A stretch of DNA of 64,000 nt from Pristiophorus japonicus (Eukaryota). The stretch is taken from assembly GCF_044704955.1 (NCBI RefSeq), contig NC_091998.1, forward strand, positions 17,050,001-17,114,000. The letters run 5' to 3'. A program made the translations under genes and the position numbers. The notes under the pieces were generated by a model, which was not told the DNA's origin, made no database searches, and saw nothing but the letters and a program-made list of their open reading frames with translations. Each line of letters starts with the position of its first letter. Within the stretch, counting starts at the first letter, position 1. This document shows, piece after piece, positions 23,618 through 36,190 of this stretch.

Positions 23618-25921
23618 CCCGATCTCGTCAGTTTGAAAGCCTCCAAAGTTTAGAAAAAGCTGTGTCCACACAAAAACTCTCTGCCAAACATTTGCCAGAG
23701 GGAATGGAGGCACCAGCTGTAATAAGTGATGTTTTATTCAGATGGGGCAAAGACAAGTTTAAATACCCACCTAAACTGTGGCTGAACCCGTCTCCGTTTC
23801 AAGGGTCAGTTTCCCACGTCCCGTGAAACCCATGCTGGAGACGCTAAATTTAAATCCAAGTAAAATTCAATTTAAAAAGGTCGTATGTAAACCAATTAAA
23901 AACTTCCATTTTCAATTTCAGGTCTTGCTATAGAATTTGTGTTACAATTTTATCTGAAAGATGGCAATGCAGAGTACTTTACAATCTATGTTGCATTACT
24001 TAGACTGAAGTAGTCACAGAAGCCACAATGAACACTTTCTGAAGACAATCTTCATGATAAAAATGAGGCATTTGGTTCCATAAATTATAGGTGCTCTCTT
24101 TGCTCTTCATTTTTTAGCTTAAAAATATATTATTTTAAGAAAGATACCATCTTAAAAATGGTTTCAAGAACTGCATGATGGGATATTGGCTTTTTTTTGG
24201 GGGGGGAGGCGTGGGGTGTTGTCTACATGAATTATACCAAAAGCTACCACCAATGCCAACATTATGGATTACAAAGATGCATAGAAAAGTAATCATTGAT
24301 TACTTCGGAGTGCTCGAAACAATTAATACACATCACTGGGTTATTAAGCACCATCATAGTACAAGCGAGATAGTCCGAGGATAGACAGCTGTCAGATAAC
24401 TCAAGTAATCATAGGTATATCATTTTGCATTATAGATCAGGCTGTTTATTGTTCAAGTAAGGTGCCCGAGTCTCACAGAATGACTTCTCAAGGTGCAGGA
24501 CTATATTTCAAAGTGTTTTATGTGATATAGATCAGACATTTTTGATATATTGGTTAGTTATGGTTTGGTCTGGCCACATCAGAGACCGAGGCAAGACATT
24601 ACTCTGTCGGTAGGAACATCTACTTAATATTAAGGTAGGCTGTAACAAGGAGGCATTGAGTGGTTACTCTCTTTGAGAAATTGTTTTCTTCAAGATCTGT
24701 GAAAAAAGCCACCCAAATAAACTCAACTGCCTGGTTTGGCTGTCTAACTCTTTCATCAATTGGTTCAAAGTCTGTGTTCATTTGACTACCTTGTTTTGGC
24801 AAAAGAAAAAGTATCTGGAGAAGCTTAAATTTTACGAATGGTTTAAAAAAAACTGAAGAAATACAAATAAACTAATGTTTCCAACGAGTTGCTGCATCTT
24901 CCTCTGCTTGCACAGATTCAACTGGCTGATTTCCTGTATCATTTTACCGATAGACTGATTTTTACTAGTAGTACTTGTAAGACTAATTAACATTTAGTCC
25001 TACACTACAACCACAGCATCAAAATTGGACCAGATCTGTAACAAACAGAATTCACAGCGTGCAATCAAGCTGCTGTACATTGCAATGAGAATTAATGGCT
25101 CCACATGACAATGGTAAATCCTACAACACCCGCTGAGTGTGTTTAATAATTTTTCACTCCTTCCAGATTGTTCCCATCAAACATAATTCCCAAGAACATA
25201 ATCAGCATCTCTTCCCATCAATATTATACAGCTATTTGAGCATTCCAAATTATCTGCAATTGCAAAAGACGCGTTGTCTCATTATTAGGGTACTGACCTA
25301 TGATGCATCAAATAAACGCTCTGAACATTTTTGCAAGGTGAATGGTGTACGTAAAAAAGGCAAGTGCGATTTATATACCACATACATCACTTTTACATGA
25401 AATTATAAGAACGCTTTTTAAATCTTTTTAAAAAAACACCGGCGCAATAATCTCCAAATACTTAATATTCAAAAGCGATTTTAACCCTTTCCCACATAGA
25501 ATGATCCAATACAGCAGAAAGTTCCAGTTACAAAACATAGTATGGGAAGGTAAGGAGCTGCTTAGCACAGAGTTAGGCAGTTTTCACTTTTGGGAAGTGG
25601 ACTAAATTCCAGTCCAAACTCATCAGATGAAAATCTCCTTTGACTCTTGGCTGCTAGGTCCTATGTGAAATGAGTTTAGACAATGTCCACTGGCACTGAG
25701 GCACATTGTTCAGGCACAAAAAGAGGGAGCTATACTCCGCTTGTAACTGTGCTATGCCCAACCCAAAGTGCCCAAATGTTTATCTCTGTGTCAAATTGAT
25801 ACATAAATCAATTTTGCAGAGCTGATTCCCCTCAACTTTAACACAAATTTCTCCAAAAAAAGTAGTTGAATCATTTGTATCAAAAAGGTCCTGTAAGATT
25901 AGAGACTGAGGAATGTGCGGT

Positions 25922-25941
25922 GGGGGGGGGGGGGGGGGGGG
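25922..25941 (+). repeat. G20 homopolymer
   Basis: Seen directly. Confidence 0.95.
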
Positions 25942-26076
25942 TAGAAACGTTCTCTATATATTGTATGTAAAGATACCATAAACCCACTCTTTCAAAAAAA
26001 AAGTTTCCACCCACATATCTGACAGAGGAAATCTTCTGAGTGTGATGGAATCTCTGCAGTATGTCTTAATTGTTTT

Positions 26077-26334
26077 TGTCATGTATCTTACATTATTATA
26101 TGTATAAAACTGTATCCTAACATGCTACATATGACTGCAATAAGATATGACCTGTAACCACCAGCATACCTTACCACCAGGGGTGCACTTGCCTGAGACC
26201 TGTCCTTATACACCTGTCTCTTGCAAGTGCACCCCTGGTGGTAAGGTATGCTGGTGGTTACAGGTCATATCTTATTACAGTCATGTATAGCATGTTAGGA
26301 TACAGTTATATATAATAATGTAAAATACATGACA
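26077..26334. repeat. Long inverted repeat: arms 26077-26192 and 26223-26334, both LTR U3 sequence
   Basis: tgtcatgtat...ggtgcacttgc versus gcaagtgcacc...atacatgaca. About 4 substitutions plus small indels by eye. Confidence 0.95.
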
Positions 26335-26351
26335 TCACCCTCCCCAAGGTC

Positions 26352-29300
26352 TTACTGTCTTTTTAGGTTCAGTCTCTCAGGTGGTCTACGCTCTCGCGTG
26401 GAGCGTCGGAGTTGTGGTTCAGTTGTTTGCCTTGGTGTTTGTTTTTCTTTGGGTGTGGTTACTGGTATCTCGCCTGGGCTGTCTGTTTCAATTGGTGTGA
26501 TTGTTGTTGACTCGCCTGGGCTGTCTGTTGGGATTGCCCTTTCCTCAGGTTGTTCCCTCTGTCTGTCCACCAGGTGTGGTGCGAGTTCCACATTGTAGTC
26601 TGCCTCTGGTTCCGCAGTGTTGTTGGTAAATCTGCTTTTGACTTTGTCTACATGCCTCTGGCAGGTTTTGCCATTGTCCATTTGTACTACCAGTAGCCTG
26701 TTTCCTTCCTTGCCTGTTACTGTCCCTGCAAGCCATTTGGGACCCCTACCATAGTTTAGTACAAACACTTTGTCCCCTATCTCATTCCATCTCCCCCTCA
26801 AATTTCTATCATGGTACTCAGTCAGCTTACGGCGCTTTGCCTCAACGATTTTGTGCATGTCTGGGAGGATTAATGAGAGCCTTGTTTTTAAAGTCCTTTT
26901 CATCAACAGTTGCGCGGGGGGGGATCCCAGTCAGTGAGTGCGGACGAGATCTGTATGCCAGCAGCAATCGCGACAGGCGAACCTGCAGCATGGGACCTTG
27001 GATTTTAAGCATGCCTTGTTTAATGATTTGCACTGCTCTCTTCGCCTGGCCGTTGGAGGCCGGCTTGATGTGATATAAGCCGTGGTCAATTATAAAGTCT
27101 TGGAATTCTGCACTGGTGAAGCACGGACCATTGTCACTGACCAATATGTCAGGGATTCCGTGCGTTGCAAACATGGTTGCGAGGCTCTCCACAGTGGTGG
27201 AGGTTGTGCTCGAGTTTAAAATGGTGCATTCGATCCACTTTGAAAATGCATCTACAACTACGAGGAACATTTTGTCCATGAATGGGCCCGCATAGTCTAC
27301 GTGCACCCGCAACCATGGTTTGGTAGGCCAGGGGCTCAGTGGAGCCTCCCTGGGGGCATTGCTGAGTTGGGCACAAATGGTGCACCTTCGGACGCAGAGC
27401 TCCAAGTCCGCATCAATACCAGGCCACCAGACGTGGGATCTGGCTATGGCCTTCATGAGAATGATCCCCGGGTGCTCGCGGTGGAGCTCCTGGACAAATG
27501 CCTCTCTGCCTCGCAGAGGCATGACTACTCGGCTGCCCCACATCAGGCAGTCTGCTTGTAGTGATAGCTCATGCATGCGCCTGTGAAAGGGTTTTAATTC
27601 CTCGGGGCAGGCATCGCGAGCCTCTGCCCAGTCACCGGTTAGGACACATCTTTTTACTAAGGAAAATGTGGGATCGCTGGCCGTCCAGGCTCTGATTTGG
27701 CGAGCCATCATGGGCGAACCTGTGGACTCAAAGGCATTGATTGCCATGACTATCTCACAGTCCTGTTCGTCAGACCCTTCCGTGGTCGCCAGGGATAGCT
27801 TGCTGAGCGCGTCGGCACAGTTATCTGTGCCTGGTCTGTGCCTTATGGTATAGTCGTAGGACGCCAGCATGAGTGCCCACCGTTGAATTCGCGCTGAGGC
27901 ATTGGTGTTTACTGCCTTGCTCTCGGATAGGAGGGACGTGAGGGGCTTGTGGTCGGTTTCTAACGCGAACTTGGCCCCGAAAAGGTATTGGTGCACCTTT
28001 TTGACACCGTACACGCACGCGAGCGCCTCCTTCTCTACCATTCCGTTCCTGCGCTCCGCCCGCGAAAGTGACCTGGAGGCATAAGCTATGGGTTGTAATT
28101 TGCCCGCACTATTGACATGTTGCAAAACACACCCGACCCCATACGCTGACGCATCGCAGGTGAGAACTAGCTTTTTACCTGGATCAAAGAAAGTCAAAAC
28201 ACTGTTGGAACACAGAAGGTTGCGTGCCTTATTGAAGGCACGTTTCTGGGTGTCCCCCCAAAACCAATCACACCCCTTCCTGAGTAGCACGTGGAGAGGC
28301 TCCAGCAGCGTGCTTAAGTTCTGCATAAAGTTCCCAAAGTAATTGAGTAGCCTGAGAAAGGCGCGCAGTTCTGAGACATTCCGGGGGCCTGGGTGCCAGG
28401 CGAATTGCTTCTGTTTTGGACTATGTTGGGCGGGTTCCATCAGCGGCAATCCTTCTGCCCAAAAATTCAACCTCGGGTGCGAGAAACAGGCACTTGGATT
28501 TCTTGACTCGTAGGCCTATCCGATCCAACCGCTATAGTACTTCCTCCAAATTACGGAGATGGGAGTCGGTGTCCTTGCCCGTGATATGTCGTCTTGAAAT
28601 ACAACCGTCCCCGGGATGGACTTGAGCAGACTCTCCATGTGCTGGAATATGGCAGCTGCCGACCTGATGCTGAATGGGCATCTATTGTACATGAAAAGGC
28701 CTCGATGTGTGTTGATGGTGGTGAGTAGCTTGGATTCCTCAGTCAATGCTTGCGTCATATACGCAGATGTGAGGTCTAATTTTGAGAAAAGTTTACCTCC
28801 AGCCAATGTGGCAAATAAGTCCTCTGCTCTAGGCAGCAGGTACTGGTCCTGTCGGGAGTCTCTATTTATGGTAGATTTGTAGTCCCTACAGATTCGTACG
28901 GATCCATCAGGCTTCATGACTGGGACGATGGGACTTGCCCAGTCGCTAAATTCCACAGGTGATATAATGCCTTCCCGCAGAAGCCTGTCTAGTTCGTGTT
29001 CAATCTTTTCCCTCATCACATAGGGTACAGCTCTGGCCTTTTGATGGACCGGTCTAGCATCCTGTGTGATGGAGAGTTTGACTTTGGCCCCTTTAAAAGT
29101 GCCCACACCTGGCTGAAAGAGATGTTCAAATTGCTTTATAACTGTTCAGCAGGAGGTCCGTTCCTCTAATGACATGGCATGGACATCATCCCATTTCCAG
29201 TTTAGTTTTGCCAGCCAGCTTCTCCGGGGACAATCCACAGGGGAAGTCGGTTCACTGTCCCTTTGTGTGTGACAGAGAGCATGGCGCTGCCGAGGACTGG

Positions 29301-30508
29301 TACGATTTCTTTGGTATTAGTCCTTAGTTGGGTGTCGACCCTTGTGAGTTTTGGTCTGTCTCTTTTATGCGGCCACAGTTGTTCAAATTGTTGAGCGCCC
29401 ATGAGAGATTGACTCGCTCCCGTATCCAGCTCCATGTTGACAGATATCCCGTTGAGTAGGACCCTCATCACTATAGGAGGCGTCCTGTTGTAGGAGCAGT
29501 GGCCATTGATCGTGTTGACCCGCTGTACGTCGGTGTCCCGGGTACTGTCCTCACCATCTTTTGGTCCGCTTTCCAAACCATCCGATTCGTATACCAGCCG
29601 AGCTGCCGTTTTTTTGCACATGCGGGCAATTTCTGCAAACAGCCTGCTGAAATCAACATCCCCTTGACGAGTGCCCACCCCCACACATCCAGCACAGACT
29701 TCTTCCATTGTTCAAAGTGTTCCCAAAGAATGAGCTGTGTCTGGCTGATCTCTCTTGAGCTTCTCTCAGTTTGTAGTTGATTGCTCGCATTGTGGGTTGA
29801 TGAGGTGTGAACGGCCATTCTTGTGGCCCTTGATGGCTTTTGCCTGCTGTCGAGAGCCTGTTCTCCCGGTTTTGTCTGTGTGTGGGGGTAGCAGCTTGTT
29901 TAGTGCTGTGAACTTCTTGTTCCGGTATTTCGTTAGTTGTCGCACCTGCATTGTAAATCAACCTCGTTTCTTCTTCCTCTACCAAGAATGTCTGTGCAAC
30001 CAGTGCTGCTGCCTCTCAGGTCAGGTCAGGTTCTTGGTCTCTATGAGCTTTTGGAATATGCCTGCGTGGCCTATTCCTTCAATGAAAAAGTCTCTCAGCA
30101 TTTCTCTCCTCAGTTCATCGGAGAACTCACATAAACTAGCCAACCTCCGAAGTTCCGCCACGAAATCGGGTATGCTCTGGCCCACACAGTGTCTGTCGTT
30201 GTAGAACCTGTAGTTGTAGAACCTGTGTCTGGCCATGTGTAGGCTGCTCGCTGGCTTCAGGTCGTCTCTTACCAGTGTGCTCAATTCTTCAAACGACTTG
30301 CTTGCTGGTTTCTCGGGTGCCAACAGATCCTTCATTAAAGCGTATGTTTTCGAGCCACATGGGCTCGAGTCAAGAAATGGGCTCTTCTCTTGTCTGTCTT
30401 ATCGTCGCCTAACCAGTCTTTGGTTACAAAGCTTTGCTGGAGCCTTTCTATAAAGTCCTCCCAATTGTCTCCCGCATTGTACTTTTCATCTGACCCCTTG
30501 TTCGCCAT
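26352..30508 (-). pseudogene. Gypsy C gag-pol, frameshifted
   Basis: MANKGSDEKYNAGDNWEDFIERLQQ, LDTGAS, FSKLDL, FQDD, 542-aa RNase H-integrase ORF (LTCDAS, ETDHKPL, HVDYAGP, VSDNGP), tail LRRSTRERRPPERL. Confidence 0.93.
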
Positions 30509-30543
30509 TCTGTGGATTCTGTAATCCCGTAACCCATCGCCAC

Positions 30544-30753
30544 TGTAAAGTCCTGTCCCCTCAGTACAGATTCACACGAGGCATGTCGTGAAGTCAAGGT
30601 CTTCACAGCTCTCGAAAGCTGCACTTGCCTGAGACCTGTCCTTATATTCCTGTCTCTTGCAAGTGCACCCCTGGTGGAAAGGTATGCTGGTGGTTACAGG
30701 TCATATCTTATTACAGTCATGTATAGCATGTTAGGATACAGTTATATATAATA
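30544..30753 (-). repeat. 5' LTR of Gypsy C
   Basis: 30620-30753 is nearly identical to 26184-26317. 30544-30619 (R/U5) has no counterpart at the other end. Confidence 0.9.
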
Positions 30754-33321
30754 GTTTTTTTTTTTAAAAAAGGTTTATTTCAAACCATTGATAAGGAAAT
30801 GTTCCTTTCATAATAGATTAAATATATCATTGGGATCCACCACTGGTAGTTCTAAATGTGGAAGATTTGTCCAAGTAAGTCAATCTCTGACACACTACAA
30901 AATGGAGTGGCTGCTTGGCCCTCACTTCTTTAGTACTAGTAGCCATGTGTCCAGTCATGATTTGGATAATAGATGTTCAGAAAGCACTAGTTGCCTTAGC
31001 TCCTGTAACCTGTTTTCATATTTTGTTTGTCCAAGATAGTTAGAATATATAGTGACAACACTGAGCTAAGCATGCAGCATTTATCAAGATCACTTATCTC
31101 TCTTGGATCCCTAAAAATACCTAACATTGAAGGGCAAGGAATGTGATTTTAGGCTACTGAACATAGTTTTCCAAAAAGAACTGACTTTTAGATATCCTAA
31201 CAAAATAGTAAGGAAGGCTCCTCTTTCTCTCTCCACTTTTGCAATAGGCATCATAGCTGGAAGGTACATGTCATGAATTTGTCACATTGGACAAGTAATG
31301 ACCTTATAATAATATATTTTTCTGTGTTGTAACTATTGCATTTTGGGAAGTAAAATGGGAAGATTCCACCCTAGTGGCCACATCAACATATTGCAAGTGC
31401 TTTAGATAGAGCAGCTATAAAGGAGTTACCAATTGTACAGTGGGATCTTGTAAGTAACCACACTCATACAACAATTCAGCTGAACCATTAATATTGGGAT
31501 TTTTAAAACAGTTTGTCTATGTCTGGACAGCGGCAACATTTTGCTCTTCATATTTTGTGATGGTAGATGGATTCAACTGTACTGCAACATCAAACCTATC
31601 TGCAGCACAAAACATATTCTGCATTAGTAATTTGTTTTAATTCACTTTAATTAAGAGACTTGCAAAAAAATTAATGAATCTTAAAGATGTAGTATACATC
31701 TGATTTGGGTAATTTTGAAACATGGTTCCATGACAGCTTTAAAGACAAATGAGCTAACAACCTATTTTTGAGTTCTGAAAACAATTTTGTCAAAAACAAA
31801 ACTGCTATTCACATTATGCAGCACTTCCATGTCAAGTAGATTGAACTGTGAGATACTGTAAATGCAAACTAAAATCACTTGCATTAAATATTTATTACTA
31901 AATATAATTAGATGCAATTTCGATACTTTTTTTTACACATTCTTCTTAAAACACACTTCAGACAACTGTCTACATGTATTAACATATTCTCTTTTCCTCT
32001 CATTGATTCTATGCTGCGCAATATCGGTCACATGTCTTCTTTCCAAGAGGGCAAATATTTCAATCTATAAACTTTTCCAGATGATGGGCACCTAAACAAT
32101 GGATTATAATGATGTGTCATCAAGAGGTGGCCAGAATAACTTGTTCATTGCCTTTCACTTCAGGGCTTTCCACAACATAGGATTGCTGCATTTTGCAATC
32201 AGACACGACACTAAATATTAAGGTAAGCAGGATAAGTACCTACACTTTTATATTGAACTACAACAGTGTTAAGAGGACCCCTACTGCACCAATATCACAT
32301 TTTTATTTTCCACTCTATTTTTCCTGAATCTTTTCCAGCAAAGAATGCCATATTTTGGGCTGCTTTATTTCAAGAACTAAAATTCAAATCAGCAGGTTGG
32401 AAATTTCATCTCTTTTCTCTGAACTATTTTTTTCAAACTGGAGATTTTAGAGACTAGCAGATAATAATATAATGTTTGTCTTAAAATGGTATCTACCTAT
32501 CCATTTAAAACAGTCTAAGCAGTCAAGTATAAGTGGACTGTGTCTATTATGTGACAATAACAGTGGATCATGCCAAGTCAAATCCAACAATTCTTACTTT
32601 ATCACTATGTTTATTTTTTAATTACCACAGTACAAATGATTGCACCTTGCAAGTTGAAATTCTGACCTATGCTTTTGTTTAAAGTAGAGATATCTGATAA
32701 ATTCATGGCAAGAGGGTCAAAAAAAGTTTCATACAAACACTCTTGAATACAACATGCCTGACTACACTACACAAGGAGCAAACATGGTACTAGCTAACAG
32801 TTCACATACATCAGCACATGGCTAGGAGTTTGCTTGTATTAGGTTTGCATGCATGTGGATTGCAACTGTATATCTGCTAAACTACCCAAGAACAATTGAT
32901 CCTAGTCAAACGAACAAGTACCTTCCAACGCCTGGAAACTTTCCCATATTTGATCAATGGAAGACAAGTACACAGTCTCAGTGAAGAGTTTTTCAGTTCA
33001 AAGACTACAAACAAATTATTGAAGAGCCGCTGATGCAATTACAGAATAACTGAAGCCTAGAAACCTTATACGGTGACATTTCTCCCACCTAATGTGCAAT
33101 TTTATCAAGTAAAACCAATATAGAACACGAACTTATCTGATACACAATTCTAAACCTCCAAACTACCATGTGCAGCAGTGTGCATCAGAAGAAAATAATG
33201 GATTAGTTTCAGCATCAACTATTAAGTTTACCTATTAAGTGGCTGTCCCACTCTTAACTGTACTTAAAAACTAATAATTTTTTAAAATTTGAATTGGTCA
33301 CAAATTTACTTTTGCACTGAA

Positions 33322-34472
33322 ATCAGGTTTCCACCTCTCTCACAGCACTGAAACGGGTCTGATTAAAGTCGCAACTAACATCCTCAGTGACTGACCATAG
33401 TATGTTATCCCTCCTTAACTTCACAACCTCTGCAACCTTCAACATGGTCAACCATGCCAACCTCATTCAACGCCTCTTCTCCATTGTCCAACTCAGTCGT
33501 ATTGCCTTTGCTTCGTTCTACTCTTACCTGTCAAATCAATGGCTTTTATTCCCATCTCTGCATTGTTACCTCTAAAGTCCAAGGATTTATCCTTGTCGCC
33601 TCCTCTTCCTAACCTACATTCTGTCCTTTGGCAACATCATCCAAAGATGTTGAGGTCAATTTCCACATATATGTTGATGACACCCAATTCTACCCCTCCA
33701 CCCCTATCCTGATTCACTCCACTGCCACTGTGTTGTCAGACCGCTTGTTCTACATCCAACCCTGGATCAGCCGCAATGTCCTTCAGTTAAACATTGGGAA
33801 GACTGAAGCCATTGTCGTCAGCCCCAGTATAGACTTCATACCTTCACCACTGATTCCATTATCCTCCCTGGCCACATGCTCGTGTTGAACCAGACTGTTC
33901 AGAACTTTGGCATCCAATTTCACCCCCAGCTGAGTTTCAGACCCCATGGTCAGGATTTTGACATTTCCGACGTGCCCGGAGCGGGGCTTGGGGGAAGGGA
34001 GAAGTGGGGGCTGGTAAACTGCACATTGTGAAGTCTTACCTCTACAGCATGCAGTGGAGGGTGGGGGGGGCAGATCCGATACCCAACCAGAGGGGTGAAA
34101 AGAGTAGTGTTTGTATGAGGCGGGTTGATGGTAGGTGAGCTTGGGGGGCCAGAAGGAAGCACGCACTCTTGCTCCTCCCGGCCCACAAGGATTGCTCCCC
34201 GAGGCTGTGCTCGCCTCACTGCGTTCCTTTGATTCTGGATCCATGTTCATCCCCTTTCCCTTCCTGCTATTTTCAGCCATGCCTTCAGCCACCTAGACCC
34301 TAAACACTAAACCTATCCACGTGCTTCAAACTCAGCACTTAAACCAAATTTTTAGTCATCACTCTTAATATCTCCTTCTTTGGATCCGCATCTATTTTTG
34401 TCTGATTACCCTTAAGTGCCTTTAAATGTTTTTCTAAGTTAAAAGGTTCTATATCAATGCAAGTAGTTGTTT
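33322..34472 (+). mobile_element. Decayed L2-clade LINE (RT fragments and 3' tail) with an unrelated GC-rich insert at ~33948-34260
   Basis: QSGF..HSTETGLIKV, SATFNMVNH, FHIYVDDTQFY, LQLNIGKTEAIV. L2-type tail at ~34400-34472. Confidence 0.8.
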
Positions 34473-35609
34473 ATTATTGTTCAAGTTGAAAAAATGTACC
34501 ATCTAAATAATTGCACATTCCTATTAACTGAATACCATTTTCATAAATGTTAATGCAGTTATATATATATACACATATACACACACACAAATAACTACAT
34601 ATATTTATATATATTGAATAGAAGAAAGTTCCTGCAATAACTACATTTATTTATCTAGCCATACAAAATCATTCCCCTTCAAAAACCAAGACTGAACAAA
34701 GGTATGTCTAATGTACTTGTACTAAACAGAGCTAACAATTGGCATCTTGCCCTTATATCTTAGTAAAGATGATATTTCTTCATATGGTGTTAATATATAT
34801 GATCTAGCTTCCAAAAACAATCTACATATTAACTCGACCAAGTTAAACATAGCAATGCTAATTAAGAAATATCACAGAGGGATTTTCATTTTTACAATTT
34901 GAGAGGTAGAATGTGGTGAACAACACAACAGAAGTATTACACGGAATACAAGTTACAATAAATATATATGGGCTTGGAATCTCCTAACAATTAAATGCAA
35001 ATGCTTTATTGATAAACTAGTGGTCATAAATGTCATTAGTCATTAATCTTCATTCATGAATGCCTCATGCAAAAAGGACTTTGGGCTCTCTTACAATTGC
35101 TATCCATGTGAACAGCCTTCACTAGCACAAAACCTGAACAAAACCAGGATGAAACCCAAACACAAAATTGAATTCCTATCCATTGCAACAGCAATAAATA
35201 TTGTCGAGTAATTAGAATTCTACAATCTAATGTTGGGGTTCCAATGATGCCTGAAAACACCTCAAGCAGTGCTTCCCCAATTTAGAGTCATCTGAACATC
35301 TCAATTAAATACCTTTTCTATAACCTCTCTCAGGTCATCATGTTTCATGTATACTAGTTGAATGCTTGTGATGTTGTTCATGGGTAGTCTGGGGTGTGAA
35401 GCAGGTTTGTGATGTTTAGCTGCTAATATGCTTGTTCTGTTAAGGCTACTGCTAAGGGTTACCTGGTGGGAAAGGGACAAAACAGGTTTTGAAATCTTAA
35501 GTTAATTGCGTTTGGTAAAGGAAGTATGTAGATTGCAAGGTCTTTCTAAAGATCCAATAAAAAAAACAGTATGGTTTGCTTTCTCCTTATTTCCTCCCAT
35601 TACATACCC

Positions 35610-36190
35610 AATGTGGATACAAAATTGGCTAAGAGACAGAAAGAAGGGAGCAATGGTGAACAGTTGTTTTTCAGACCAGAGGCAAGTACACAGTGGTGTC
35701 TCCCTGCTGTTTTTGATATATATTAATAACCTGGAGTTGTGTATACAGGGCATAATTTCAAAGTTTGTAGATGACACAAAACTCGGAAAGTAGGGAGGAT
35801 ATTAGCAGACTTCAGGAGGACATCGGCAGTCTAGTGAAATGAGCAGACACATGGCAGGTGAAATTTAATGCAGAGAAGTGTGATGTGACACATTTTGGAA
35901 TGATAGTATGAGGAAATGCAGTATAAACTAAATGATACAATTTTAAAGGGGGTGCAGGAACAGAGTGACCTGGGGCTTGTCTGGAATGCTCTGCCTGAAA
36001 GGGTGGTGGAAGCAGATTCAATACTGTAGTAACTTTCAAAAGGGAATTCAATAAATACTTGAAGGGAAGAACATTTTAGGGTTATGGGGAAAGAGCAGAG
36101 GAATGGGGCGCATTGGATAGCTCTTTCAAAGTGCCGGCATAGGCACGATGAGCCAAATGGCCTCCTTCTGTGCTATAAGATTCTATGAGT
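35610..36190 (+). mobile_element. Old CR1 remnant with internal deletions
   Basis: WIQNWLRDRK..FLIYINNL..SKFVDDTKLG, 3' end ggcctccttctgtgctataagattctatga. Confidence 0.8.

Larger units (their letters stand above)
4016..23924. mobile_element. Decayed PIF/Harbinger-like DNA transposon hosting the nested retroelements; ends approximate
   Basis: Myb/SANT-like gene on + and HARBI1-like transposase on - in convergent layout. Possible degenerate TIRs ACCTGGAAATT (4019-4029) and AATTTCAGGT (23914-23923). Confidence 0.65.
26077..30753 (-). mobile_element. Ty3/Gypsy LTR retrotransposon C (Mag-like) with rearranged LTRs
   Basis: 5' LTR 30544-30753 (outer 17 nt missing). PBS TGGCGATGGG on - (30533-30542). 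PPT at 26335-26345. Palindromic 3' LTR at 26077-26334. Confidence 0.93.

Noticed and set aside
23125-23713. Domesticated host HARBI1 gene
   Set aside because: In-frame stop, frameshifts and no DDE domain; it lies in a transposon context.
24620-24802. Short ORFs in AT-rich unique DNA (also 1775-1969 and similar)
   Set aside because: 60-90 aa, often non-ATG starts, no recognisable motif; expected by chance.
30195-30230. RFYNYRFYND duplication in gag of element C
   Set aside because: A small local tandem duplication in a dead ORF.
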